Shown here one piece after another: positions 32,218 through 41,866 of a stretch of DNA of 64,000 bases. The stretch is from the NCBI GenBank assembly GCA_963772725.1, contig CAVYYI010000001.1, positions 928,001 through 992,000 of the forward strand, in the 5' to 3' direction. The DNA comes from an uncultured Phycisphaerales bacterium (GTDB lineage Bacteria; Planctomycetota; Phycisphaerae; Sedimentisphaerales; Anaerobacaceae). The translations under genes and the position numbers were made by a program. A model generated the notes under the pieces. It was given only the letters and a program-made list of their open reading frames with translations. It ran no database searches and was not told where the DNA came from. Each line of letters starts with the position of its first letter. Within the stretch, counting starts at the first letter, position 1.

Positions 32218-32460
32218 TCAGACAGGTTTTAATAAATTATTATCTTTTCTTTCTTTGCGATTTATTCCACATGATTCAAACCATCCTTTCGCATCGCTGG
32301 CAGTTACCATTTCAAGTGCCTTGGCAATAGCATTTACCAGCCCCTCTTGCGTTCTGGCTTTGAGCGTCCTCAAAATCGACTTGATCTTGCTCCACATCTT
32401 TTCTATCGGATTTAAATCAGGTGAGTATGCCGGCAAATAACACAATTCAGCTCCAACAGA
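32218..32460 (-). mobile_element. IS630-family transposase C-terminal remnant
   Basis: YLPAYSPDLNPIEKMWSKIK...GWFESCG; no N-terminus, abuts the lipA stop. Confidence 0.85.
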
Positions 32461-33324
32461 TTATATAGTATTCTGCTGTTCGGCGAAATAGGAGCTTCGC
32501 GTAAACGGCGACGACATAACCCAGCTAAAACCGAACTCAGCCGCCTTTTGCTTCCACCAGTTGAATTTTTCAGGCGTTATATATTCAACTACATCGAGAG
32601 AATTTTTCGAGGGCTTGAGGTATTGACCTATGGTGAGTCTGTCGCAGCCTACACTTCGCAGGTCTTTGAGAACCTGTTCAACCTCAGCATCTTTTTCGCC
32701 CAAACCAAGCATTATTGATGATTTCGTGGGAATGTTTTTACCGTAAATCTTCTTTGCCGCTTTAAGCAGATTCAAAGACCGCTGATAATCCCCGCCTGTC
32801 CTTGCGACATGATACAGCGATGGGACAGTCTCAATATTATGACCGAACACAAACGGCAAAGCCTCACGCAAAACTTCCAAAGCCCCCTCCTGACAGTTGT
32901 GAAAATCAGGCGTGAGAATTTCAAAACTCATTTCAGGACAAATCTCCCTTGTCTTTTTTATACAGTCGCGAAAATGCGCCGCCCCGCCGTCAGGCATGTC
33001 GTCCCTGTCAACACTGGTAATAACAAGATATTTAAGTTTCATCCGCTTGGCCATCTGTGCCACCCTCTCAGGTTCGGCAACATCAGGTGGAAGCGGCCTG
33101 CCTTTCGCGACCGAGCAGAACTTGCAGTTTCGCGTACATATATTCCCAAGAATAAGAACAGTAGCCGTGCCTCTTGTCCAGCATTCGCCGCGATTAGGAC
33201 AGTTTGCATTGCTGCAAATAGTCTGAAGGTTCAGCGAACTCAAAATATCGTCTGTGCTGCTGTACGCCCCGCCCGCAGGCAAAGGCCTATTTAGCCACGG
33301 TGGTAATTTACGAATATTGTTCAT
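32461..33324 (-). CDS. lipA: Lipoyl synthase
   Basis: CSNANCPNRGEC, CTRNCKFC, TSVDRDD, HNIETV, RSSY. Confidence 0.95.
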   Translation of the reverse strand: MNNIRKLPPWLNRPLPAGGAYSSTDDILSSLNLQTICSNANCPNRGECWTRGTATVLILGNICTRNCKFCSVAKGRPLPPDVAEPERVAQMAKRMKLKYLVITSVDRDDMPDGGAAHFRDCIKKTREICPEMSFEILTPDFHNCQEGALEVLREALPFVFGHNIETVPSLYHVARTGGDYQRSLNLLKAAKKIYGKNIPTKSSIMLGLGEKDAEVEQVLKDLRSVGCDRLTIGQYLKPSKNSLDVVEYITPEKFNWWKQKAAEFGFSWVMSSPFTRSSYFAEQQNTI

Positions 33325-33995
33325 ACTCAGCCAAATCCTCACAAGAAAAATGTTTTATAAGCAGCTTAGACAATTTTTCTTTTATATCACCCATCCGTTG
33401 AACAATCCCTGTCTCTTTCAAAGCTGACGTCATTTCCACACCGTCCAGCCCGCACGGTATCATACAATTGAATATCGAAAGGTCATTGCTGATATTTATT
33501 GCCATCCCATGATGCGTTACAAATCTCGACACTCGCACACCGATGGACGCGATTTTCCTTTCGCCGACCCACAGACCGGGAAAACCTTTTTTCCGTTCGC
33601 TTTGAACGCCTGATTGATCGAGCAGTTCAATTCCAATTGCTTCAAGTTCTCTGACATATTCATTTATGCCAAGCCCCATCTCCTGCAAATGCACAATAGG
33701 GTAAAAAACCAATTGACCAGGATTGTGCGCCGTTCGAGCCGCCTCCCCTGCGAATATCAACAACGTCAATCTCCTTCTGCGCAAGTTCCTCCCTGCTCAA
33801 GAGAAGCTTATTCGCACTTTGCCTTGCGCCGAGGGTTATCACCGGCTTATGCTCGACAACTATAACCGTGTTAGGTATTTCGCCGCGGTATCTTTTGTCG
33901 CTCAGCTCATGCTGAAATTCGAGTATCCGCCGATATTCCGCAAGACCACAGTCGCATATTCGTATAGGCAATTTTTTATTTTCGCGGGGGCACAT
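33308..33995 (-). CDS. lipB: Octanoyltransferase LipB; +1 frameshift near 33735
   Basis: EHKPVITLG, RRGGG/TAHNPGQLV.YPI split across two frames, KIASIG, HGMAIN, PCGL. Confidence 0.9.
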
Positions 33996-35364
33996 GTAAA
34001 CTTATTCCAAAGGCATCTTCCCACGCCTCTTTAAGAACTTCCGAAACAGTCGGATGCGCAAAACACACATCGGTTATTTTCTCCGTGCTGCCGATAAGCG
34101 CCCTTGCAGCGGCGGCCATTTCCGTTACCGTCGCACCAACCATCGTCACGCCCATAATCTTATTGTCAGCCTTATTCCTTATAACCCGTATTTCGCCGAC
34201 CGTTTCATTATGCGTAATGCTTCTGCCGTTCGATTTAAACATCGCCTTACCGACAACGGTTTCAATCCCCGCCTGTTCACATTTCGTCTCGCTTTTACCG
34301 ACAGACGAAACCTCCGGGAAAGTATAAACCGCTCTGGGGACTAACGAATAATCACCCATTTCTTCACTGCCGCCGGTAGCGTTTGTGGCCGCAACTTCCG
34401 CTTCAGAAAATGCCCCGTGCGCAAGATACGTCGTCCCCACAACATCGCCTATCGCATAAACACCCGGAACATTCGTCTGCATTTTATTGTTGACCTTTAT
34501 TACCGAGCGGTTCATTTCCAGCCCAAGAGCATCTATGGTTTCCTTATCACAGCTCGCCCTTCTTCCGACAGCCACAAGAACCTTTTCCGCATCAAGAATC
34601 GTGCCGTTCTCAAGCGACACCTTAGCCGAATCCGCTGATACGTTTACCGCCACAACCTTCTGACTTGTGAGCGAATCGATTCCGATTTTCTTCAATTCTT
34701 TCGCCATCATCTGGCCGACCCACGGGTCTTCATTTGGCAAAAGCTGCGATAACGCTTCAACAATCGTTACCTTTGTCCCCATAGTAGCGTAAACACAGCC
34801 AAGTTCACAGCCGATAACACCACCCCCGATAATCACCATAGAATTCGGAATAGACGGCAAACTAAGCGCTTCATTGCTGTTGATTATGGTTTTGCCGTCA
34901 AACGGGAAAACCGGTATCTGCACTGGCTCTGAACCTGTAGCGATGATTATGTTCTTCGTCTGAACCTCTGTCGCACCCGAAGGTGATTCAACTTTTACCT
35001 TATTGGCAGCGACGGCAATACCCCGCCCCTGAAAAATTTTAATCTTGTTAGCCATAACAAGACCGGTAACACCCTTGCTGAAACCCTCAACAATAGCGTT
35101 CTTCCTGGCCTGAATTTTGGCCCAGTTTGGCGTAACCGCCCCACCGATTTCCAGACCCATAAGATTAGCGTGTTTTGCCTGGGTAAGAAAATGAGCAGAA
35201 CCAAGCAGCGCCTTCGACGGAATACACCCGCGATTAAGACAAGTCCCGCCCATTTCCGCCTTTTCGACAAGAGCGACCGAAGCCCCCTTCTGTGCGCATC
35301 TTATAGCCGCCGCATAACCGCCCGGCCCGCCGCCTATTACCACAACATCAAAATTCTCCGCCAT
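33976..35364 (-). CDS. lpdA: Dihydrolipoyl dehydrogenase
   Basis: GGGPGGY, GGTCLNRGCIPSK, HPTVSE. Confidence 0.95.
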   Translation of the reverse strand: MAENFDVVVIGGGPGGYAAAIRCAQKGASVALVEKAEMGGTCLNRGCIPSKALLGSAHFLTQAKHANLMGLEIGGAVTPNWAKIQARKNAIVEGFSKGVTGLVMANKIKIFQGRGIAVAANKVKVESPSGATEVQTKNIIIATGSEPVQIPVFPFDGKTIINSNEALSLPSIPNSMVIIGGGVIGCELGCVYATMGTKVTIVEALSQLLPNEDPWVGQMMAKELKKIGIDSLTSQKVVAVNVSADSAKVSLENGTILDAEKVLVAVGRRASCDKETIDALGLEMNRSVIKVNNKMQTNVPGVYAIGDVVGTTYLAHGAFSEAEVAATNATGGSEEMGDYSLVPRAVYTFPEVSSVGKSETKCEQAGIETVVGKAMFKSNGRSITHNETVGEIRVIRNKADNKIMGVTMVGATVTEMAAAARALIGSTEKITDVCFAHPTVSEVLKEAWEDAFGISLHVPPRK

Positions 35365-35396
35365 CTTTTCTATCTCCTTATTAAAAGTTACCTTTT

Positions 35397-35570
35397 ACCA
35401 CTAAGACACAAAGACACTAACTTTTTCTATTAATTTTTTTTAGCCACTGATTTCACAGATAAACACAGATTTATTTTTTCAGATTTCGGCGAGCTCAGTC
35501 GAGCCGTGAAATCAGTGCAATCTGTGGCTAATATTTTTTTATTTTCTTTGTGTCTTAGTGTCTTCGTGGT
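35397..35570. repeat. Nested imperfect palindrome of 8-bp and 9-bp repeat arms around a REP-like core
   Basis: Outer ACCACTAAGACACAAAGACAC / GTGTCTTAGTGTCTTCGTGGT; inner TTAGCCACTGATTTCAC / GTGAAATCAGTG..TGTGGCTAA; core TTCGGCGAGCTCAGTCGAGCC. Confidence 0.8.
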
Positions 35571-35700
35571 TGCCTTTCAAAAATAGCATACCAAAAAGCA
35601 ATCAAATTGAAAACCCCGCTCTTAAAGTTTTTTACAAAAACAAACACAATCGAACAGAAAAACGCTTTATATTGATTTTGAGATTTTTGAACCTTCCAGA

Positions 35701-36039
35701 TTTGGGCTGAATCCGTCAAATATCACATTTGACAACCAATTTTTCATGCTTAATATGTCTCATATCAAGCATCATAAGTCTTATATCATGTTCACAGCGG
35801 GGCAATGCAGATTTACATCGACAGGCTGCTAATTCACACTGGCTCAATGTAAATCTTCATCGGCATAATGTTAATTTACATCCATCAACTGCAAAATTAC
35901 ATTGTCCAAATGTAAATCTGCAATGGCCAAATGTAAATTTACATCGCAGCAATGTAAATTATCATTGCTGCAATGTGAACATTGTTTTTGAACCCTTAAG
36001 CGTGGAAAACCGCATCTACAGAATTAAAAAGGCACTTGC
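35701..36039 (+). repeat. 21-bp-period degenerate tandem array, copy 2 (~13-14 units)
   Basis: In-phase units from 35722 (ATCACATTTG.., TTCATGCTTA.., ATCAAGCATC..) switching to a TGTAAATTTACA type (35848-35994); terminal motif at 35998-36039. Confidence 0.8.
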
Positions 36040-36132
36040 TGATTTCCTAATGTCGAATGGAGACTGAAAAGAATCCTAAAACTTATTGGACTTGAAGAGC
36101 CGAGATATAAATAACGAGCGACGAGACACAAA

Positions 36133-37002
36133 TTATCTCTTTCTTAAAAATACCGCACCGAGGCCGAGCAGTAAAAGTGTTGCTGGTTCGGGGACGGAGG
36201 CGACACGAAACCCTACAGAGTATATCTCGTATTCTGGGTAGTAGTGATCGCCCAAGTATGACGAGCTCAGGTAGAAGTCGGAGTTGTAGCACGAACCGCC
36301 GCGACTACCGCGATCGGAACCAGTAATCAGTGTTTCATTCCACTCCCAGACATTACCCATCATATCAAAAGTACCATTTTGTTCCTGCGTGCCAGTACCC
36401 ACAATCCAAGGAAATGTTGGTGGTCCCACTTGATCACCATAATCAGCATCAACACCAGCAACAGGAGCTATATTTGTGCCATTGGCATAGAGAGAATAGC
36501 CGCTGCCGTTGGGCTTGAAATAAGCAGCCTTGTACCATTCATCTTCGGTCGGGATAACATAAGCCGTACCGTAGGTCGATATAGCTGCGGCACGGTCAAC
36601 TGTAATGCTGCCGTCTGTACCAAGCTGATAAGCCCCGAGACTTTTGTCGCCACTGGTTAGGTAGTTGCAGAACTGGGCTGCTTCATACCAACTCACATTA
36701 TTGGTCGGTTGCTGAACACCTGTGAAATGGGCATCACTGTCATAAGCATCGCTCGGATTGCCTGTAGGGACGCCAGCGGCGGAAACAAATGCATTCCACT
36801 GTGCGTTGGTCACTTCATATTTACCAATACGGTAATTATAACCAACCGCACCACAACCCGGAGTTCCACCTGTATCAGCCGCATTACCAGCATGGCCGAT
36901 ATTCACAAAGCCAATGTTGATTCCCTGTATCAAATCCGCCGAAGCAATACTTGCTACTGCCATCACACAAACAATAATTGCCAAAACTCTTACTCTTCTC
37001 AT
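36133..37002 (-). CDS. Secreted FGE-sulfatase/CLec-fold protein with PEP-CTERM sorting signal
   Basis: Signal peptide, IGKYEVTNAQW, PTEDEWYKAAY, DMMGNVWEW, RGGS, GFRV, VPEPATLLLLGLGAVFLRKR. Confidence 0.9.
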   Translation of the reverse strand: MRRVRVLAIIVCVMAVASIASADLIQGINIGFVNIGHAGNAADTGGTPGCGAVGYNYRIGKYEVTNAQWNAFVSAAGVPTGNPSDAYDSDAHFTGVQQPTNNVSWYEAAQFCNYLTSGDKSLGAYQLGTDGSITVDRAAAISTYGTAYVIPTEDEWYKAAYFKPNGSGYSLYANGTNIAPVAGVDADYGDQVGPPTFPWIVGTGTQEQNGTFDMMGNVWEWNETLITGSDRGSRGGSCYNSDFYLSSSYLGDHYYPEYEIYSVGFRVASVPEPATLLLLGLGAVFLRKR

Positions 37003-37216
37003 TTCTCTTTCCTCCTCAAAAAGCTGTTAATATTTACGGCGAAGCGATTGCGCATAAATTACACACTTAAGATATAGACTGTTAAAGGGGTTTTCACTCA
37101 TCTCCGTATCTCTTTCTTCTCCGCACTTTTCAGTTAAAAACCGAAATATAAATATTAATTGTAGCCCTTCCGCCTCGAAATGCAAGAAAAATCAGGGCAA
37201 AATATTGTATTTTTTT

Positions 37217-37277
37217 ATGAAGCGGGAGTCCAGAAAACCCATATAAAAGACCGGATTCCCGCTTTCGCGGGAATGAC
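37217..37277. repeat. dRS3-like REP element (ATTCCC-N8-GGGAAT) with truncated inverted partner
   Basis: ATTCCC GCTTTCGC GGGAAT GAC at 37255-37277; GAAGCGGGAGTCCAG at about 37219. Confidence 0.7.
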
Positions 37278-37346
37278 AATTTATTCACTGGCGCATTACA
37301 TATACAGGAATCAGTAAACGATAAAATTTGAAATCCCAAAATATTC

Positions 37347-37374
37347 TTGACCGCCGCGGAAAATACGTTATCAT
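37347..37374 (+). promoter_or_regulatory. Putative sigma70 promoter
   Basis: TTGACC-N16-TATCAT upstream of the release-factor-like gene. Confidence 0.45.
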
Positions 37375-37441
37375 TAAATCTGTGGAGCTAAGCCGAGAAT
37401 GAGTCTCTTGAAGATGCGTAGCATAAAGGGGGTAAAACAAT

Positions 37442-38581
37442 ATGCTTATCACTTACCATGACATTGCGGATATCGCGAAATACAGAAGCGATAAAGGTGC
37501 GATAACTTTCTACATTTATTCCTCAATCAATGAAACAGGCGACGAATTTAAAGGCCGTTTTAACAGCCTTGTCCATTCGATGAAAAAAGCCGCCGAGCGA
37601 TTCGAAAACAATAGTAAAGATTTATCTATGATGACACACGCTATTGATAACAATCGCGACAAAATCATTGACCGATTTGTGGGAAATAAGGCACAGACCT
37701 TTTGTGTTTTCTTAGCCAGGGATTTTTACAAATTCGTTGAACTTCCTATAAGAGTCAAAGAACGCACTGTTGTGGATTACGAATTTTATACCCTGCCTCT
37801 TTTAACGCTTCTCGAACAGTTCGAGCGATATGCGATACTGGTCTTTAACCGCCGCAAGGCCTGCCTGTACCATTACTATTTGACAGAGATGCGGGAGGAA
37901 GAGACAGTTTTTCATGATTATCTGCTTCCAAAGTTCAACGTCTCGACAGACTCGCGCAAAAGCACGAAAGAAAAGAAAGTTAATCACATGGTCGAAGAGT
38001 CTTTCCACAGACATCTGAAAGAGGTCAGCGGGATTTTGTTCGACAACTTTAAGAATCTCGGCTTCGATAAACTCATTCTCGGCTCTCATCAGGATGAGAT
38101 AAATTCAATCAAAGGACACCTGCATTCTTACCTGGTTTCAAGGCTGGTGGGTGAATTCACGGCGGACGTCGAAGACACCATAAAAATCATCAAGGAAAAA
38201 ACCAATCAAGTAATCAGCGAATACCGGCGAAATAAGGAAGAGAAAAAAGTTGCCAACCTTCTAAGCAGCAATGCCCACAAAAAAGCTGTCCTTGGCACAG
38301 AAGCAGTCCTGGACGCTATTATGGCAGGCAACGTCAGGGGACTCGTTTTGGCAAATGACTTTCACGCCGAGGGGTACACCTGCCCCGAAGGACATTTCGC
38401 TACGATGACTCCTACGCAGAATAAAAAATGTATTTTCTGCGATAAACTTCTTCAGAAACATCTATTCCTTGAGGATGAAATCATCGAAGATGTTTTTCAT
38501 CAGAGGGCCGAAGTCTTTCATTTATTCAACCAAAAGGCCAAGCTGAACAATTATAAAATCGGCGTTTTCTTGCGATTTTAA
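37442..38581 (+). CDS. Bacterial archaeo-eukaryotic release factor-like protein (baeRF, aRF1 domain 2/3 fold)
   Basis: YAILVFNRRKA, H..EV...L, FDKLILG, L..RLVG, AVLG...VL.A...G.V..L, CPEGH...CIFC Zn insert, IGVFLRF C-terminus. Confidence 0.7.
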   Translation: MLITYHDIADIAKYRSDKGAITFYIYSSINETGDEFKGRFNSLVHSMKKAAERFENNSKDLSMMTHAIDNNRDKIIDRFVGNKAQTFCVFLARDFYKFVELPIRVKERTVVDYEFYTLPLLTLLEQFERYAILVFNRRKACLYHYYLTEMREEETVFHDYLLPKFNVSTDSRKSTKEKKVNHMVEESFHRHLKEVSGILFDNFKNLGFDKLILGSHQDEINSIKGHLHSYLVSRLVGEFTADVEDTIKIIKEKTNQVISEYRRNKEEKKVANLLSSNAHKKAVLGTEAVLDAIMAGNVRGLVLANDFHAEGYTCPEGHFATMTPTQNKKCIFCDKLLQKHLFLEDEIIEDVFHQRAEVFHLFNQKAKLNNYKIGVFLRF

Positions 38582-38625
38582 AGAGTTCGGCAAAATCAGG
38601 GATATTCTTAAAACCAGGGCATGAA

Positions 38626-40035
38626 CTATTCTGCGAATATCGCTTCGGCGATGTCATTAATGGCGTCACGAGTCTGCCCTGTTGCGCTGTTTGAGATAAT
38701 TGAAAAAATATAATCACCTCTTGCCGTTACGCATACCCCGGAGAAAGATTTGACCCCCGCGATATAACCCGTCTTGCCGAAAACCTTCCCCTTGTATAGC
38801 TCATCTTTGAAGTACCTGCTGATTGTCCCATCTATCCCGCCTGTCGCGAGAGAATCTTTATAAACAGGCCAGTCTTTGCTCCTGTACATATCCAGCAGAA
38901 CTCTGGTTAAAGCATTTGCGCTGAGTTTATTCTCTCTGCTCAGTCCGCTGCCGTCATCAATGTTAAATTCATTAGCCGGGATACCCAGTTCCAAAAGATA
39001 TTTGGAAAGTATCTCCCTGCCACCCGCCCAGCTGCCATTTTTCTTATCGGGATTAGCATTGGCGGAAATAGTCTTGAGCAGCGATTCAGCCACAAGTCCG
39101 AGACTGTTTTTGTTCGCCCTTGTCAGGCAGTCCGTCAAAGACGTCGTGTACTCTGCCAGCGGATTGAACCTGGCATCAGCAATATTTGTTGGCTTAACTA
39201 AAACCTGACCCTGAACGGTTATTCCCGCCTTAGCGAGATTTTCTTTAACCAGTCTCCCGAAATACTCCGCAGGATTTTCGATAGCGACATCAAAAGGCCC
39301 TTCCGCCTTCTGGCATTTTCCTTTAACCACAAGTTCGTTTGGTTTTCCCGCCTGCCTATACGCCCCCACAGCGCCGCTGCCCTTCGATATCGGCATAACC
39401 TTATTCGTAATCTTAATATAGCTCGAAGACGGCTCAACAATAACTTCTATTCTGCCGCCCTTATTTCTCACCGTCATTACAATACAATTATCGTCATAAT
39501 TCAATCCGCAAACTTCTGCCGCATACCAGTTATTCAATTGCTCTACTGGCCAGTTCGCGTGAACACGCTGGTCGTCAAAAACGGAACTATCCACAATTAT
39601 ATCGCCGATGGTCGCTATATTGTTTTTCTTCATCGCCGCCGCGATATCCTCGAAAATCCAGCCAGCCTTTCGATTGTATTTTTCATCGATTTTTTTATCC
39701 CCCAGCAGCGGGTCCCCGCTTCCTACAACCACCAGCGAATTATCATTCATCCCCACCTTCGTTTTGTATTCATAATTTGCGCCAAGATATTTCACCGCCG
39801 CCGCCGTAACAACTACCTTCATATTCGAAGCCGGAATCAACGCCGTATCCGCATTATAGCTGTAAACCTCTCTGCCCGTGTTGGCGTCAACGATACGAAT
39901 CGAAAACCGCACTTTCTTCAAAGACGGCTGACGAATAATCCCGTTAATACGTCCCACAAGGTCAGCCTGCGCAGTACAAACAAAACTTTGAACCAGTACA
40001 ACCGCAACAATTAATATTTTTATTTTTGTTTTCAT
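38626..40035 (-). CDS. dacB: D-Ala-D-Ala carboxypeptidase/endopeptidase PBP4 (peptidase S13)
   Basis: PASNMK, GSGDPLL, DGSGLSR, KTG. Confidence 0.92.
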   Translation of the reverse strand: MKTKIKILIVAVVLVQSFVCTAQADLVGRINGIIRQPSLKKVRFSIRIVDANTGREVYSYNADTALIPASNMKVVVTAAAVKYLGANYEYKTKVGMNDNSLVVVGSGDPLLGDKKIDEKYNRKAGWIFEDIAAAMKKNNIATIGDIIVDSSVFDDQRVHANWPVEQLNNWYAAEVCGLNYDDNCIVMTVRNKGGRIEVIVEPSSSYIKITNKVMPISKGSGAVGAYRQAGKPNELVVKGKCQKAEGPFDVAIENPAEYFGRLVKENLAKAGITVQGQVLVKPTNIADARFNPLAEYTTSLTDCLTRANKNSLGLVAESLLKTISANANPDKKNGSWAGGREILSKYLLELGIPANEFNIDDGSGLSRENKLSANALTRVLLDMYRSKDWPVYKDSLATGGIDGTISRYFKDELYKGKVFGKTGYIAGVKSFSGVCVTARGDYIFSIISNSATGQTRDAINDIAEAIFAE

Positions 40036-40190
40036 AGGTGCGAGTTTTTACCACAGATTCCTTTTTAATTCAAGCAAAACGCACAACCGAATCATAATTT
40101 TTTTACTGAGCCGCGATTCTCTGCGCCCGCCCTAAACGAAGTCAAAGAGAACTCCTCGGTAAAAAATGCGGATTTAATGAAATTGTCGTG

Positions 40191-40982
40191 TTAATCTTTA
40201 CAAATGGATGTATGGGCTGCTGGGAAGATTCGCACCCCGCCACGGTCAAGCTGGAGAATCAGGCCTTTTTGCGGGTCGATGCCGATACAATTTCCAGAAA
40301 ATTTTCTCCTGTTAAATATAACTGTCAGGCGATGCCCAAGGAGGATGCCGAGTTTACGCCACTGTTCGACGACTTTTTCGCTGGATTTTCCCGCGGTATC
40401 AAGCCAATGGTCCAAAAAAGTAAGCACCCTTTTAGCCAGAAGATTCCTGTCGCAGAAAGTACGGCTTTCAATATCGAGACTTGTGACGATGGAATGGAGT
40501 TCCGGCGGGAAGGAATCCTTTACCTGATGGCAGTTTATTCCGATACCAATGACAAAGGCAGTATCGCGGTTGAGAGATTTTGATTCGATGAGGATGCCCG
40601 CGATTTTTTTACCGTTGAGGATAATATCGTTAGGCCATTTGATTTTCGAGTTGTATCTGCCGATTTTACCGACGGCCTGCGCAACGGCTACCGCGGCGGT
40701 AAGCGAAAGAAGCTCGTGATTAACGGTGGTTTTGGTCAGAAGGACAGAGCAAAGTAAGCTTTGCGAGGGAGCTGAAAGCCATTTGTTTCCTGCGCGTCCC
40801 CTGCCTGAGGTCTGGTGTTCTGCAAAGACGGCGAGGCCGTCATTTTTTTTATTTTTCGCGTATTCGGCGGCAACGTCATTTGTGCTTGAAGTAGTTTTAT
40901 AGACGAGTATTTTCCCACCGACGCGTTTTGTTTTAAGATTCGCGGCTATTACGTCCGGGTTCAGGTAGTCGGTTTTGGTCAT
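40191..40982 (-). CDS. birA: Biotin-[acetyl-CoA-carboxylase] ligase
   Basis: SSTND, QTSGRGRAGNKW, KWPND, KIAGILIE, GIGIN. Confidence 0.93.
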   Translation of the reverse strand: MTKTDYLNPDVIAANLKTKRVGGKILVYKTTSSTNDVAAEYAKNKKNDGLAVFAEHQTSGRGRAGNKWLSAPSQSLLCSVLLTKTTVNHELLSLTAAVAVAQAVGKIGRYNSKIKWPNDIILNGKKIAGILIESKSLNRDTAFVIGIGINCHQVKDSFPPELHSIVTSLDIESRTFCDRNLLAKRVLTFLDHWLDTAGKSSEKVVEQWRKLGILLGHRLTVIFNRRKFSGNCIGIDPQKGLILQLDRGGVRIFPAAHTSICKD

Positions 40983-40990
40983 AGGAGTTT

Positions 40991-41866
40991 TTATCTATCG
41001 ACGCCGATATCGACTGAGGCGGCGGAATGCGTAATCGCACCGATAGCGATACGGTCAATGCCGCACTGAGCAACGGCGGAAACATTCGAGAGATTGATAT
41101 TTCCGGATGCTTCGAGGAGGATTTTTCTATGGCTGCCTCTGCACATCTTATTTCGCATATTGACGGCGTGCTTAAGCTGCCATTGTCCCATGTTATCAAG
41201 CAACACAATGTCAACGCCGGGAATTCGCAAGACATAATTGAGTTGGTCATCGACGTGGTCAACTTCAACGGCGACGAATTTGGCGCCTTTTACCTTTCTG
41301 GCCTCTTCGATAATCTTTTTTAATTTGGGTGCGAAATTTCTGCCAAGCTGGGCGAGATGGTTGTCTTTAATCAGGATACCGTCATATAAGCCGATACGAT
41401 GATTATGCCCTCCGCCACATCGAACGGCGTATTTTTCGAGGATGCGCCAGCCTGGGGTGGTTTTCCGCGTATCATAGATTTTGGCTTTTGTGCCTTTGAC
41501 GGCACGGACGTATTTGCGCGTCGCGGTGGCTATACCGCTGAGACGCTGCATAAAGTTCAGAAGTACACGCTCGGCACTGAGCATGGTGCATAAAGGCCCC
41601 CGGATAGTAGCAAGGTTGCTCCCGACGTGTGCCTCCTGCCCGTCATTTATATGAACTTTGAGCTTTAATTTCTTATCATAAGCCTTAAGAATCTCGCGAA
41701 CAATATTCATACCGCAGACAACAATTTCCTCTCGTGAAACAATGTTAGCCGTAGTTACGGTGTTATCCTTCGCGAACAGTTCGCTGGTTACATCACCCTG
41801 ACCAAGGTCTTCTTCGATTGCCATTTGTATCAGAGGCATAGCCTCTTTAATGTTAAGCAGTTTCAT
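40991..41866 (-). CDS. nadC: Quinolinate phosphoribosyltransferase
   Basis: [32 protein letters not shown]. Confidence 0.95.
   Translation of the reverse strand: MKLLNIKEAMPLIQMAIEEDLGQGDVTSELFAKDNTVTTANIVSREEIVVCGMNIVREILKAYDKKLKLKVHINDGQEAHVGSNLATIRGPLCTMLSAERVLLNFMQRLSGIATATRKYVRAVKGTKAKIYDTRKTTPGWRILEKYAVRCGGGHNHRIGLYDGILIKDNHLAQLGRNFAPKLKKIIEEARKVKGAKFVAVEVDHVDDQLNYVLRIPGVDIVLLDNMGQWQLKHAVNMRNKMCRGSHRKILLEASGNINLSNVSAVAQCGIDRIAIGAITHSAASVDIGVDR

Noticed and set aside
35729..36067. ORFs over the 21-bp arrays (35729-36067, 60440-60709, 60451-60786) as genes
   Set aside because: No clear RBS, both strands are open as a by-product of the repeat, and copy 1 has no such ORF; coding status is left open.
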